This document shows positions 38,878 through 51,484 of a stretch of 64,000 nucleotides of DNA, in pieces. Source of the stretch: Octopus sinensis (lineage: Eukaryota); NCBI RefSeq assembly GCF_006345805.1, contig NC_043015.1, forward strand, positions 52,576,001 to 52,640,000. Direction: 5' to 3'. Positions within the stretch are counted from its first letter, which is position 1. Every line of letters begins with the position of its first letter. The notes below the pieces were generated by a model, which saw only the letters and a program-made list of their open reading frames with translations, searched no databases and was not told the origin of the DNA. Both the position numbers and the translations under genes were made by a program.

Positions 38878-39292
38878 ATCATCATCCTTGTTTAACGTCC
38901 GTTTTCCATGCTGGCATGGGTTTGACGGTTTGACTAAGGACTGGTGAGCCAGAAGGTTGCACCAGGCTCAATCTGATCTGGCAAAGTTTCTACAGCTGGA
39001 TGCCCTTCTTAATGCCAACCATTCCAAGAGTGTAGTGGGTACATTTATGTGCCACCAGCATGAAGGCCAGTCAGGTGGTTCTGGCAATGACCATGCTCAA
39101 AAGGTGGTTTTTATGTGCTACCTGCACGAGAGCCAGTCCAGGGGCACTGGCAACAACCACGCTTGAATGTTGTTTTTCACGTGCCAGTAAGGCAACACTG
39201 GCAATGATCACGCTTGAATGGTGCTTTTTACATGCTACTGGCACAGGAGCCAATCCATGGCCCTGGCAACAATCACGCTTGGATGTGCTTTG
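38878..39292 (-). mobile_element. Family C copy with about five 50-66 bp tandem modules
   Basis: TTTAACGTCCGTTTTCCATGCTGGCATGGG...GCTGGATGCCCTTC, then repeated TTTT(A/C)(C/T)GTGC...CTGGCAA.GA.CACGCT.GAATG units. Confidence 0.8.
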
Positions 39293-40446
39293 AAAAAAAA
39301 AAAAAAAAAATCAAGAATGGTCATGGAAAAGGATCAATTGTAACTGATACCTGGCCTTCTCCTCCAACTGAAATTAAGATCCTCATAAAATTAACACCTA
39401 TGTAAAAAGTACTTGCAGTGGTGCCATGTGAAAAGCACTCAGTAAAGTGGTTGATGTTAAGAACAGCATCCAGCTATAGAAACCATGCCAAAACAGACCA
39501 TAGGACCTGGTGCGGCTACTATATTGTTAGCAGGCTGGATAAAATGCTTTGCAACATTTATGTTCTGAGTTCAAATTCTACAAAGGTCAATTTAGCCTTT
39601 CGTGCTTTCTGGGATGATTAAATAAGTACTAGTTGAGCACTGGGGTTGATGTAATTGACTATCCCCAACTCCCAAATTGTTGGTCTTGTGCCAAAATTTG
39701 AAACCATCATAGACCCATTTTAAGCCAAACAAGACAAATAGATGGAAACAAAATGAAAGAAAACTTACATTTCAGCAGCAAAAAATGACCCTAATTTCTT
39801 TCAAGGATGGTAGGATCAAGCAGACCTATTGTGGGAGAGTGTCAGAGATGGTGAAGGATTTTTAATATCACAACAACCACCATCATAGCCTAACAAACAA
39901 GCCCAGATTGTTTTTTGCTTGCATTTTTAATTTTTGTAAAAAGCAGTCTTTAAGATTGTGTGTCAAAGAAACAAGTTTTAAAAAGCCCCTCCCTTCTAAA
40001 AAAAAAAATTTTTTTTTACCAAACTTGGCCCATCTGTTTTTTGGTTCTGGGATAATGGGGTGGAGATTTTGTAGTGTATACTTTTTTAATATTCTTATTC
40101 ATTTTTATATCATCATCATCATCGTTGTCATCTTATTATGATTATTACTTCCCACACTAATAGCAACATTTGTTTTTAACTTAATTCTCCCTTCAGAAAT
40201 TAGGTTAATTAACCACAAGCAACAATCCCTCACTGCCACCCCACCTCTTCTGCTTCAGTAAAAATGAAACCCCCACACCACCCTCACACACACATACCAT
40301 AACAATTCTTTAAAGAAGTATATCTATTTTTAAAGTTCCAAAGTTTGGTTAGGTAAGGTTTGTGTGGTTTGCTAAGGATGGTCATACACTTCCCATTTAC
40401 AATGCCATTTTGTCTCGCACTCTAAAAATTCCACAATATACTACAC

Positions 40447-40478
<32 letters not shown>

Positions 40479-40485
40479 TGATAAT

Positions 40486-40680
40486 GATTCCAAATTTTGG
40501 CACAAGGCCAGCAATTACATCGACCCTCAGTGCTCAACTGGTACTTATTTTATCAACCCCAAAATGATGAATAGTAAAGTCATTTTCGGTGGCATTTGAA
40601 TTCAGAATATGTAAAGGCAGACAGAATGTCGCTAAGCATCTTGCCCAGGGTGCTAACAATTCTGTCAGCTCACCACCTTA
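40486..40680 (-). mobile_element. SINE family B copy
   Basis: Same diagnostic blocks. Further decayed copies follow at about 40690-41040, an opposite-orientation copy lies at about 39520-39715, and other fragments at 4105-4200, 18230-18430 and 34560-34665. Confidence 0.8.
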
Positions 40681-42022
40681 ATAATCATGCCTTATGTTGG
40701 CAGACAGTCAGTAGCTTAGAGAGTAGGGAGTCTAGTCAGTCTAACTGACCTAAATATTAAACTAATACTTTATGGACTTCAAAGCTGGCCTTCATGGGAT
40801 TCGAACTCAGAATGTAAAGAGCTGAAAGAAATGCAGTAAGGAACTACCAAATTACCAGGCCATTTATAATGATTTCTAACAAAGGCATAAGTCTGGTGGA
40901 AATTGGTAGAAAAGGGAAAAGTCAATTAAATCAGCCCTAAGAGTTTACTTATTTTATCAAAACCTGAAGAATGGCAGCTAAGTTAATCCAAACAGAATTT
41001 GAACTTATAAAGTGCAGGGAACCAAATGTGTCAGCTCTTGGTCACTGAGAACCCATGCTATTGCAATGTGTTTATAGTAGTTTGGAAAATAAAGGATCAA
41101 TGCCATTTGTTTCTAAATTGATTATCTCCAGTGATCATAACAGTATCTTTAATAAATGAACCTGAAAGAGAAGGGAAACGTTATGGAGAAGTGGAACATG
41201 ATGAAATGAGAAGAGAGTAGATTGATATGGTGTAAGTATATGATAGAGACGGCTAAAGGGACCAAACCAAGGGGAGGGCACCAAAGAAAAACATAAAATA
41301 GGATAAAAGGTTAAAAGATGGTCTCATATATGTATCTGCGTGTGTGTGTGTTTGTTATTTGGCAACCTCACTAGAGCTGATGGCATGAAGAATACACTCC
41401 ATATACACTATAAAGTTGTTGGCATTAGGATGGATATCCAACAGTAGAAACCATGCCAAATCTGATACAGGAACCTAGTGTAGCCACGTGGGTGGCCAAA
41501 TACTGCCACATTGTCCAGACCATGCCAGCATGGAAAACAGACATTAAATGTTGATATATATTTATATATATTCACAGGAAAAACAAGTATGGATTCTCCT
41601 TCCATATATATTTTTTGCTTGATTGTATATTTTCAGAGTGGGTTGAAGGGAAGGATAGGATATAAATAAAAAAGATAATCACAGAATACTTTCAATTACA
41701 AACATCTAATAATTTACTGACACTCACACATTTATACAAATATATGAAATACAAGAAAAAATAATTTGAACAAAAAAGAGAAATTTACAAAAGTTTCCTG
41801 AACTCCAATTAATCCACACAAACATATAGATAACAACAAACAAACACTAATTACTTATTAATATTAATTTTTTAAAATATATATATTACTTCTATTAGTT
41901 GGTTTGTTTTTAGCAAGAAGCATGCAAGTGAAAGCTGAACAAAAGTTATGAAATTGTGGGAGAAAGAGAGCAAGAGGGAAGAAGAGAGAGTGAGAGAAGG
42001 AAAGAGAGAGAGAGAGCGCAGA

Positions 42023-42059
<37 letters not shown>

Positions 42060-42435
42060 GAGAGATAAAGGGAGTGAATTGTTAATAACTACAACCATTA
42101 ATGAAAGGGGAGAGGAATATACACTACCTTTCCATAATTCAAACTTGCCTGGGTCATAACATGCAGTGGATGAAACAAAGGAATTTTGTTAAAATAGCAA
42201 TTAGATAAACAAAACATACATATACTTACTTACATTCATACATATATGCATGCATACATACGTACTTATAAATATATACCTTACAGATGTATGAGTGTTA
42301 TATATGTATATGAATATATACATATAAATATATCTGTACATATGTGCATATATGTATTCATATATGCACATACACACACACAAATATATACGCATACAAG
42401 CACTGTCAACTGTACAAACATACACGCACACACAC

Positions 42436-42470
<35 letters not shown>

Positions 42471-43819
42471 AGCATGTATAGAGCCATAAAATGAAGAGAA
42501 GCAAATAAAATGGAGAGGCAGCAAGCTGCAAGTTTCATGAATGTATATATACATATATAGAAGTATATAGACATATGTGAGTAAATGTATTTACAATAAT
42601 TTATTTGTATGTTTTCATGTTTAAACACTAATATAATTTCTGGTTTTCTCTATTGACTTTTTATTATTTTTTTTTTATAAAATTTATTCTTGGGTTGAAG
42701 TTGTTCTACTTTTAAAAATATATTCTCAAGACATATTCGAAGATTTAGATTGGAATACAAATATGGAAAAACACACACACACACACGGAGTTGTACATAC
42801 ATAATGAATATGCAATAAATATTGCATATATATATATGTATGTAAGCCAAACACAAAAATATATTTAGCTAAAATACACACACACACACACAACTATGTG
42901 TGTGCATATGTGTATGTGTAAAAAATAAAATTTCATTATATATGTTAATACAACTTGACAGGATTAAGAATCTGTATGTAAAACAAAATAATATAAAGCA
43001 AAAACACACGAACAAAAATGTCCTATGGATTTTTTTAAAAGCCCTTTATAAAGATTTAACAGAAGACGAGGTGGCATTCATACTTCAAAAAAAAAAAAAA
43101 GTTAAATTAGTGCATACAAGAATCTCAAAATATTTCAGCAAACTGTTAAAGAAGAGAGACACAGCTGAAACACTGTGTTTGCTAAATGAGCCAGAATTGC
43201 TGAGTAGATCAAAGATCACGAGTCAACAAACAGGATGGAATTTTTAGCCAATGCTAAGCAGCAACAAAACATCAAAAATGCAAATGTCTGCAAAAGCAGA
43301 CAGAAACTGCAGTGAAAAACACAAAAAATTTATATCCTTGTCAACAGGGCAAACTCTTGAAAGGTGAGCAAATAGATCCACAAATAATATCACATCAGCT
43401 TGTTAGGTGGGTTGTAATAGTAATCTAGAAAGTACAGCCTTATCAAAGCCAGTGTCACACCGAATCTACCTGGAAATTAATTATTTGTGCACGTTTCCAG
43501 ACAACGCTTCATTACTTACATCCTAATCTAGGAGTAGATAATTTGGTTGGTCAATCAATTGAATCAATTGCTGAATGGTGTGGACCCACCTAATGCATAT
43601 AATATAAGAACTCCAGACTAACTAAAGAGCAAATTAAGGAAATAAAAATTATGCATGTGGTTATCACCACTAATGGCCATGTAAATCAGGTGTTGAGCAT
43701 AAAAGAGAGAGAGAATGGAACAGTCTAAAAATAAATACTGGGGTTGATTTGTTTGACTAGAATCTTTCAAGATTAAGTTTTAACACTGTCACAGTCAAAT
43801 GCCAGAAACAAGTACATAA

Positions 43820-43863
<44 letters not shown>

Positions 43864-43920
43864 AAATAATATATATATATATATATATATGTGTGTGTAA
43901 ATATATATATAATATATATA

Positions 43921-44069
43921 TATTCTCTCCTTGTTTTTTCTGTGTCCCTTTCTATAGAAGAGTGTAGCTCGAAACGTAACAGACTTTCTATTCCTGAGCG
44001 TTATACTAATACATCTGTTTTTGTTTTGTACACCACCTGTCTTCGTCTTTTGTTTTTTTCGTAAACTCT

Positions 44070-44082
<13 letters not shown>
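43921..44082 (+). mobile_element. Penelope-like element terminal repeat fragment inserted in a (TA)n tract
   Basis: Contains ...TAGAAGAGTGTAGCTCGAAACGTA..., the GAAG-stem-CGAAACGT signature typical of PLE ends; flanked by (TA)n on both sides. The family assignment is from recall. Confidence 0.5.
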
Positions 44083-44111
<29 letters not shown>

Positions 44112-44194
44112 GTTAGAAAAGATTTGCTCAAGATGCTGTATACAGGAACTTGAGCAAAAACTTATGTAGCTTTGAAGTGCCTTATATCTACATA

Positions 44195-44241
<47 letters not shown>

Positions 44242-45222
44242 TATACACGTGTGTGTGTGTGAATGACGAAATGATACATATATCTGATTTAATGCAGACT
44301 TTTGAATCAAATTACACACAAGTGAGAAAAACACTCTTGATCATATAATTAACACGACAGACACTTCTATGCCTACTCATAGTTCATGAGTTCATACTCA
44401 GAGGTCTTGAGCTATGCAACAGAGCACACATAACCTCACTGGTCACCTCCACACACACTTCAATAACACTAGCTTTTGGCTTTTCTTTCTTCACTACTTC
44501 CTCTCTCCCTCTATGGCTATATCCTTGTTTGTTGTACCGTCTCCCCACATGTGTGTGTGTGTGTTATTTTTTTTTCTCTCTCTCTCACTTTATGTTTGTC
44601 ACTATCACTCCTTAATTCTAATTTAAGAAGCTAATTAGACGAACATATACAAGTGTATAGGATGCACTGTTATAGAATAACCAAGATAGTTTCTCGAGAC
44701 ACTTGAAAGAACCAACAGGCCAAACAAATCAACAACTGATACAGAAGTCAGAAAAAAAAAAACATGGAAGAAAGAAGGGGAGAAAAAAAAAAGGAAGAAT
44801 GCTGAAAAGAAAGAAATTACTCAAAATGAAGACGAGAAAGGAAAGGAATTTACATGAATGAGTAAATAAAGTGAAGTAATGCAAGTAAATGAAATGAACA
44901 TACGATGATTATTGCCATCATCGTTATCGTCATTGACAACAACATCAAAATGAAGAAAGAAAAATAGATCAATGTCAAAAACGAAACTAATAAGCATACA
45001 AAACAAGAACCTTTATTACTACAACTAATATTACATAGTAGAGACCAAAATAGTAGCAGTATTATTGCTGGTTAAAAGTGCATGGTACCAAACTTAATCT
45101 CAGAGCAGATGGTTAGCGAGGAAACCTTAGGTGAAGAGGTGAACAACATGAATGACAGTGAACACTAAAAGTACAATGAAAACTCTAGCTACAGAGGCAT
45201 AATTGTATAAGATATACATACA

Positions 45223-45263
<41 letters not shown>

Positions 45264-45544
45264 AATAAATATATATATACATACACACACAAGAATATGT
45301 AATGTATAGATAGACAGACATTGCTCCACATACACACTTTACAAAAAAAAATATGATAAAACACAAGATGCAGTTTATGCCGTTTGTTCCTTTGTGTTCA
45401 TCATACTCTTCCCTACATTTGCTCTGAATATCATAACCGTTGATATCATTGACTACTGTAGTAACCCTAACCTCTTTACTGGAAGTAGACTGGATGAAGA
45501 TATTCTATGTGGAGCTCTAAACTTACCAGTATATATGTTCTTTT

Positions 45545-45870
45545 GTTCTTTTACTTGTTTCGGTTATTTGACTGCAGCCATGCTGGAGCGCTGCCTTTAA
45601 TCTAATGACTGGATCCCAGAACTTATTCTTTGTAAGCCTAATGCGGGTACGTCAACACACCAACATACCAAGCGATGGTGGGTGGGTGAGGGGTGGAGGA
45701 ACACAGACATGCACACAAATATATATGCATATATAAACAGACTTCTTTCAGTTTCCGTCTGTTGAATCCACTCACAAAGCTTTGGTCAGCCTGAAGTTAT
45801 TGTAGAAGACACTTGCCCAAGATGCCACGCAGTGGGACTGAACCCAGAACCATGTGCCTATAGCCACTCC
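45545..45870 (-). mobile_element. SINE family A copy
   Basis: TTTTACTTGTTTCGGTTATTTGACTGCAGCCATGCTGGAGC...ACTTGCCCAAGATGCCACGCAGTGGGACTGAACCC...TAGCCACTCC. Confidence 0.85.
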
Positions 45871-45881
45871 TAATATATATG

Positions 45882-45912
<31 letters not shown>

Positions 45913-45960
45913 TAGTGTGTGTATATGCATATACATACACTCTCCTCCCCACACACATAC

Positions 45961-46149
45961 CAGTAAGCTTTTTTTTTGTGGGGTAAGATGATTGTTGCAT
46001 AGCTGAAACTTCATCACAGGATTTACTATTTCAAATAAGTCTATCATTCGCCCAAGACAATCCTCTAACTCTTTAGTGAAGCCAACCATCCAAACCTTGT
46101 CACACACACAAATACGCCAAACCTCTCCCTGAGCTGACCTAACCATTTT
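45961..46149 (-). CDS. Candidate in-frame cassette exon (63 codons) in the long mbl intron
   Basis: Long U-rich tract + TTCTATTAG acceptor (AG at 46151-46150), CTG|GTATGT donor at 45960; 189 nt, open in phase 0 (KMVRSAQGEVWRICVCDKVWMVGFTKELEDCLGRMIDLFEIVNPVMKFQLCNNHLTPQKKSLL). No similarity to a family I recognise. Confidence 0.3.
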
Positions 46150-47268
46150 CTAATAGAAATGAAAAAGCTGATTGACATGGAGGAAAATGGAAAAAAGTAA
46201 AAAAAAAAAGAAAAGAAAACAGAACAAGAGATACTGTAGGGAAAATGAATGGGGGGGGGGGCTTCATAAAATGAAAAGAAGAAAAAGAAAAACAATAAAA
46301 CTTGGAACTTTGCCAGAAAAAAAAACAATAATAAACCTATGAAAAAAAAAAAGATAATTCTTCTCAGTGTTGACTAGATTTTTTTTTTTGTAGCTTTCCA
46401 GCATTGTTGTCAAGCTGCACCCAGAAAGTCCAGGTCTAGCTTTTCCATGGCACAAAAGATGCATTGTGGATATTACGACCTTACTTTATCAGTCAACATT
46501 AAAGAGTAAAAGAAAGCAAAACAAATGAAAATAAACATAGGAGTCAATAGCTCTGTCCCTCCTGATTGACACACATACACACAATACATGCAACAAATCA
46601 ATGGAAACTAAGCAGACTTACAACCTGCTAAAAATAGCAGTCAAATCTCCCTTAAATGACATCCAACTGTCTTAAAAAGGAAGTGCCATTAGGATTATTA
46701 TAGTCCTAGATACACTGTTTGAATGAAGTAGGGGGTGGCCATAACTGGAATGACTATCAAAAATTGACCAGAATCTAAGCAGCAACACAACTGCATGAAT
46801 AGAAGCAATGAGGGAATACATGTGGTCACTGAATCTGCCAGAAACAGCAGCTGAATCTCCATTAAATAATACTATATCTACAAAAGAGATCGGATGGTCA
46901 ATGTTGGGACATCTTTGATGTCCATCTTACCAGAGCCGAACCAGAGGCTAAAAAACAACAGTCAGTAGACGGGAAACTAAGTCAACTACAGTGTATATCA
47001 AAAGACCAAGGATAAAACATCATCAAAGATTAGCCAAAAAACTAAATTATTTTGTTTTACATCTTCATCTTTTAAATTTCAAAAATACCATTCAGTTACT
47101 CGCTTTTTATTAAAAGAATTTAAATATTTTATTAGCTATATTATATAGCTATTTGAATTTAAAAAACAAAACAGGATAAAAAAAATTATCTATATGTGTT
47201 TGTGTGCAATACATATATATATACACACACACACACATATGCTTATGTTTATATGCATCTATTCATAT

Positions 47269-47321
<53 letters not shown>

Positions 47322-48100
47322 GTGAGTGTGAGCATGTGTGTGTATGAATATATATGTATGTATATTATTCATACATACATACATACATATATATATATCC
47401 CTATAGACAAACAGATGTACAGACACACACATATTTGCATACATAGATAATGCTAATAAAGAAATGAGTAAATGGGTACAAATTTTAAGAGAAACTTTTG
47501 TAGAAAATGATTCAAAGAATTTTCTTGAAAAAAATATCATTTTTATTTTATTTCATATATTAACTTTTCTTTTACTAATTTTTTTTTCTTTTATCTTTTT
47601 GGGTATAACGATTTTTTTTTACACTGTCACTAACAATGAATATCAGAGTAAAGAAGATTATAAAATATATGTATGGCAAGTAAGTAGATAAATAAATATG
47701 CAAAAATATGCAAAAAAGAAAAAAACATTCTATAGCTGATAGAAGAAATAAGCAAGAAGACAAACGAGGAAGTATGTTATGTTGCAAGGAAGAAAAACAT
47801 TTGAATATATTAGCATTAAAAGAAAGAAAAAAAAGAAAACTCCTTGGCATGGCTTTTACTGTTTCCTTTTTTTTTTTTTGTGATACAAGGTGTGAATGGT
47901 AAAGGGAGTTTTTGGTTTAATTTTACTTGGCTGGGACCAACACCAAGAGAAGAGAAAGAGAGAGATAGACAGGTTTAATTGAGATTGGATAGGTTTATCT
48001 ATAAAGAAAATCTAAAATAGAATTTTAAAGATAAAGGTGAAAAAAAAAAGACAGAGAGTGAGAGAGAGAAATGAAGAGAAGAAATTTCATTAATACTTAC

Positions 48101-48277
48101 GACTGTTGGAATCATTCCAGGCACCAGTGGTTGTAGCCCAGCTGCAGCAGCCTGTGCAGCCTGCAACTGGAGGTTTTTAATAATTAAGTTGTTTCGACCA
48201 TTTTGAAGTAACTGTTCCCTCAGATGTTGAGGTGGATGAAGATACTTGCAAGGAGGATCTTTCCTCTGACATTTGCC
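48101..48277 (-). CDS. mbl: Muscleblind (MBNL) internal exon: C-terminal part of CCCH zinc finger 2 plus Q/A-rich region, 59 codons
   Basis: Translates GKCQRKDPPCKYLHPPQHLREQLLQNGRNNLIIKNLQLQAAQAAAAGLQPLVPGMIPTV. The CKYLHPPxHL..QL..NGRNNL motif is diagnostic of Muscleblind ZnF2, and the C-x6-C-x3-H spacing is the Drosophila/protostome type. Pyrimidine tract + CAG acceptor (AG at 48279-48278), GTAAGT donor starting at 48100; 177 nt, phase 0/0. Confidence 0.97.
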
Positions 48278-48385
48278 CTGGAGAGTAAAGAAGAAAAAAA
48301 AAAGAAAACAAAACACAATTAGTAAAAATGCAACAAAATAATAATAATTCTTTCTACTAACAACAACAACAACAACAACAATGAT

Positions 48386-48416
<31 letters not shown>

Positions 48417-48579
48417 CCACCATGTCGAGCACATATGATTGTGATGCATGTGTCTGTTGCACCCTTATCAGATGGGTAGTTATGATGGGTATATTGGGCT
48501 TCCTAAATTTTTACCCCAGTATCACTTTGATGGTGCTGCTCTCTCACTCAATAATAATAATAATCCTTTCTACTATTGA

Positions 48580-48920
48580 CACAAATCCTAAAATTAGGGA
48601 AAGGAACAAGTTGATTACATCGATCCAAATACTAAATTGATACTCATGTCATTGACCCCAAAAGGATGAATGTAAAGAGTTGGGGAAAATACCACAAGCA
48701 ATATGCCCTATGTGCTAATAATAATAAAAATAAGGGTTTCAAATTTTGAGACAAATGCAAGGAAGGAAGCAAGTCAGTTACATCAACCCCAGTATGCAAC
48801 AGGTACTTGTATTATTGACCCCGAAAAGATGAATGGCAAAATCAACCTTGGCAGAATTTGAACCCAGAATGTAAAAATGGATGAAATGCCACTAAGAATT
48901 TTGACTGGTGCTTGCGACCT
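48580..48920 (-). mobile_element. Two tandem SINE family B copies in the intron 5' of the ZnF2 exon
   Basis: AATCCTTTCTACTATTGACACAA...TTGACCCCAAAAGGATGAA and TTTTGAGACAA...GACCCCGAAAAGATGAATGGCAAA...ATTTGAACCCAGAATGT. Confidence 0.75.
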
Positions 48921-50289
48921 TACATAATAACAATAAAAAGAAGAATTCACGAAAGTGAATACAACACCAACATATGTATGTATACTAAAAGTACACACAC
49001 ACACAGTCTGTGCACAGACACATATATAGATATATAAGAAATTGATAAACATGTGAGAGAAAGTGTGGAGAGAAACATGACCTGACACAAAGTAGAGTGA
49101 AGTAATTAAAATGGAATCTGGTTCTTCTGAAATTATTACTCTGCATTTCTCATCTGCAACTTTCTTACTACACTACATACAAACATATTACATATATATA
49201 CATACACACACACACACATGTATGCATGCGTGTATCATCATCATCATTATTGAACATCTCCTTATCATGGGTTGGCCGGTTCAACAGCAACTGATGAACC
49301 ACAGAGTTGTACTGAGCTTTAGTGTCTGCATTGGCATGATTTCTACAGCTAGATACCCTTCCTAATGCCAACCACTTTACAGACACACACACACATAAAA
49401 TGGAAGCTAGTTCTTCCTAAATATTTTTGATAGAAAAAGGACATTTCAGAGGAAAGAGATATATTTAAATATACAAAAAAACAAAACAGTATTAACAAAA
49501 TAAATACATGATGATGGGGGAGACGACGATGATGATATTAATGAATAAAGGCATGAATGGATAGAAAATGAGATAAAGATAAAGAGGTAGCATAGCAATA
49601 AGATTAATAAAGAATTAATGTATGGGTAGCAGTGGAAGCAAGGGTGGTAGTACGGTAATCAGAGATAAGGATGTAATGATGTATAAGACGTATGTGGGGA
49701 GGGGGATGAGGGGGATTTAGATGAGCTTTTGTTTTGTTTTTTATTTATCTCCCCCACCTTTTTTTACAATGTAATAATGAGAACATGGGGTTAATTAAGA
49801 CAAAATTAGATAACAAGATAATAAAAGAAGGCACAACCATGTAGTAATTAAGGAAACTGTACAGTTGGTTTGTCAGACATGTTCAGAAGAATTCGGTGGG
49901 AGAAAGCGAGGAAGAAGAAAAAGAGCAAAGTATGAAATGCTGAATGCATGTAAGTGTGTGTATGTGGGGGTTAAAGGTAGGGTGATGGTTAGTCCAGCAA
50001 CAAATGAAAGATGAAAATGAAATGAAAGTCTAATGATGGAACAGGAAGGAAACCTATGCAATTTCCAATGTAATTATTTTCCTTAATACATACATTATAT
50101 GTGTGTGTGTGTGTGTACTTGTGTTTATGTATGTAAATAGCTGTAGGCACAGTTGTGTGGTAAGAAGTTCACTTCCACACACACACACATATTTATTATA
50201 CATATTCACGTTTAACATATACACACTGATGTCTGTTTACAACTATCGCATGAGTAAGAGATCAAGACAAGGAGCCACACAAATACATT

Positions 50290-50306
50290 GTGCGTGTGTG
50301 TGTGTA

Positions 50307-50341
<35 letters not shown>

Positions 50342-50548
50342 CTGTGCATATGTGTGTGTATATATGTGTGTATGTATATATATATATGTGTGTGTATATG
50401 TATATATGTGTGTGTGTATGTATATATATATATATGTGTGTGTGTATATATATATATATATGTATATAAGTGTGTGTGTGTATATATATATATATGTATA
50501 TAAGTGTGTGTGTGTATATATATATATATGTATATAAGTGTGTGTATG

Positions 50549-50596
<48 letters not shown>

Positions 50597-50610
50597 CATA
50601 CATATATATC
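50290..50610. repeat. Compound (TA)n/(TG)n/(CA)n microsatellite with a higher-order ~34-bp unit
   Basis: TATATATATGTATATAAGTGTGTG occurs three times at about 50450-50545. Representative of dozens of TA/CA/GA arrays (e.g. 630-720, 7530-7870, 11741-11805, 22500-22800, 36660-36725, 42200-42480). Confidence 0.9.
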
Positions 50611-51348
50611 ATCATTGTTTAACGCCGGCTTTCCATGCTGGGTAGGATGGTTTGGCTGAAAATTGGCAAGCCAGTGGGGCTGCATCAGGTTCTAATCTGA
50701 TTAGGCAAGATTTCTACTGCTGGATGCCGTTCCTAATGCCAACCACTCAGAGTGTAGTGGGCGTTTTCTACGTGCCGCCACCACCACAGGTGCCATTGAC
50801 TATGGTCTCACTTGGCTTGACAGGTCGACACAAATATGGTATAGTGCCAATTGTCTTGGTCGTCTGTCCACAAAACCCAACGCTCAATTGATGCTTTTCA
50901 CATGCCACTGACACCAGTGCCAGTCAGATGGCACTAGCATCGGTCATGACTACAATTTCACTCAGTTCAATAGGTCATCACAAGCACAGCATATCGCACA
51001 ATGATTGAAGGGTGCTTTTAACAAACCAGCTATGCAACACTGGCATCGGCCAAGACTATGATCTCACTCAGTTTGAAGTCACTGCCCCTATGAGGCCCAA
51101 TGCTCAAATGGTGCTTTTTATATGTCGCCAGCACAGGTGCTACTCAGACGTCATTGGCTACAATTTCACTTGGTTCAACAGGTCTTCACATGCACAGTAT
51201 ATAGCCCAACAACTGAAGGGTGCTTTTAAAGGGCCAGCTACACAACACTGGCATCATCCACAACTACAATCTCACTCAGCTTGACATCACAGCCTCCATG
51301 ATGCCAAACATACAAACAGTGCTTTTTATGTGCCACTAGCATGGATGC

Positions 51349-51350
<2 letters not shown>
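50610..51350 (-). mobile_element. Family C long copy with repeated internal modules
   Basis: Same terminal 150 bp as 57291-57540 in reverse, plus about six GTGCTTTT-anchored modules. Confidence 0.8.
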
Positions 51351-51388
<38 letters not shown>

Positions 51389-51484
51389 CAATGTATATAT
51401 ATATGTGTTGACACATGAAACACTAAGCCTTTGAATCACTCTGTTGCTTCAGCTAAATATCAAAATATATTTATATGTTTATAT

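Larger units (their letters stand above)
13233..48100 (-). other. mbl: 34,868-nt GT-AG intron between the ZnF2 exon and the linker exon (may hide alternative exons)
   Basis: GTAAGT at 48100 and CCCAG ending at 13233. The PTV|APP join parallels the junction I recall in Drosophila Mbl (PAV|ATNPYL). Confidence 0.85.

Noticed and set aside
38878-39292. Regularly spaced repeats resembling a CRISPR array
   Set aside because: Eukaryotic context, degenerate units with homologous rather than unique spacers, part of a retroelement, and no cas genes.
42900-43247. 115-aa plus-strand ORF (also 38071-38547, 31939-32463, 31081-31266)
   Set aside because: Low-complexity K/E/F-rich composition from A- or T-runs, no recognisable domain, no convincing splice context on that strand.
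45521-45560. CTG|GTAAGT donor next to a SINE A tail (possible exonisation)
   Set aside because: I found no matching acceptor with a pyrimidine tract upstream; isolated donor motifs are common.
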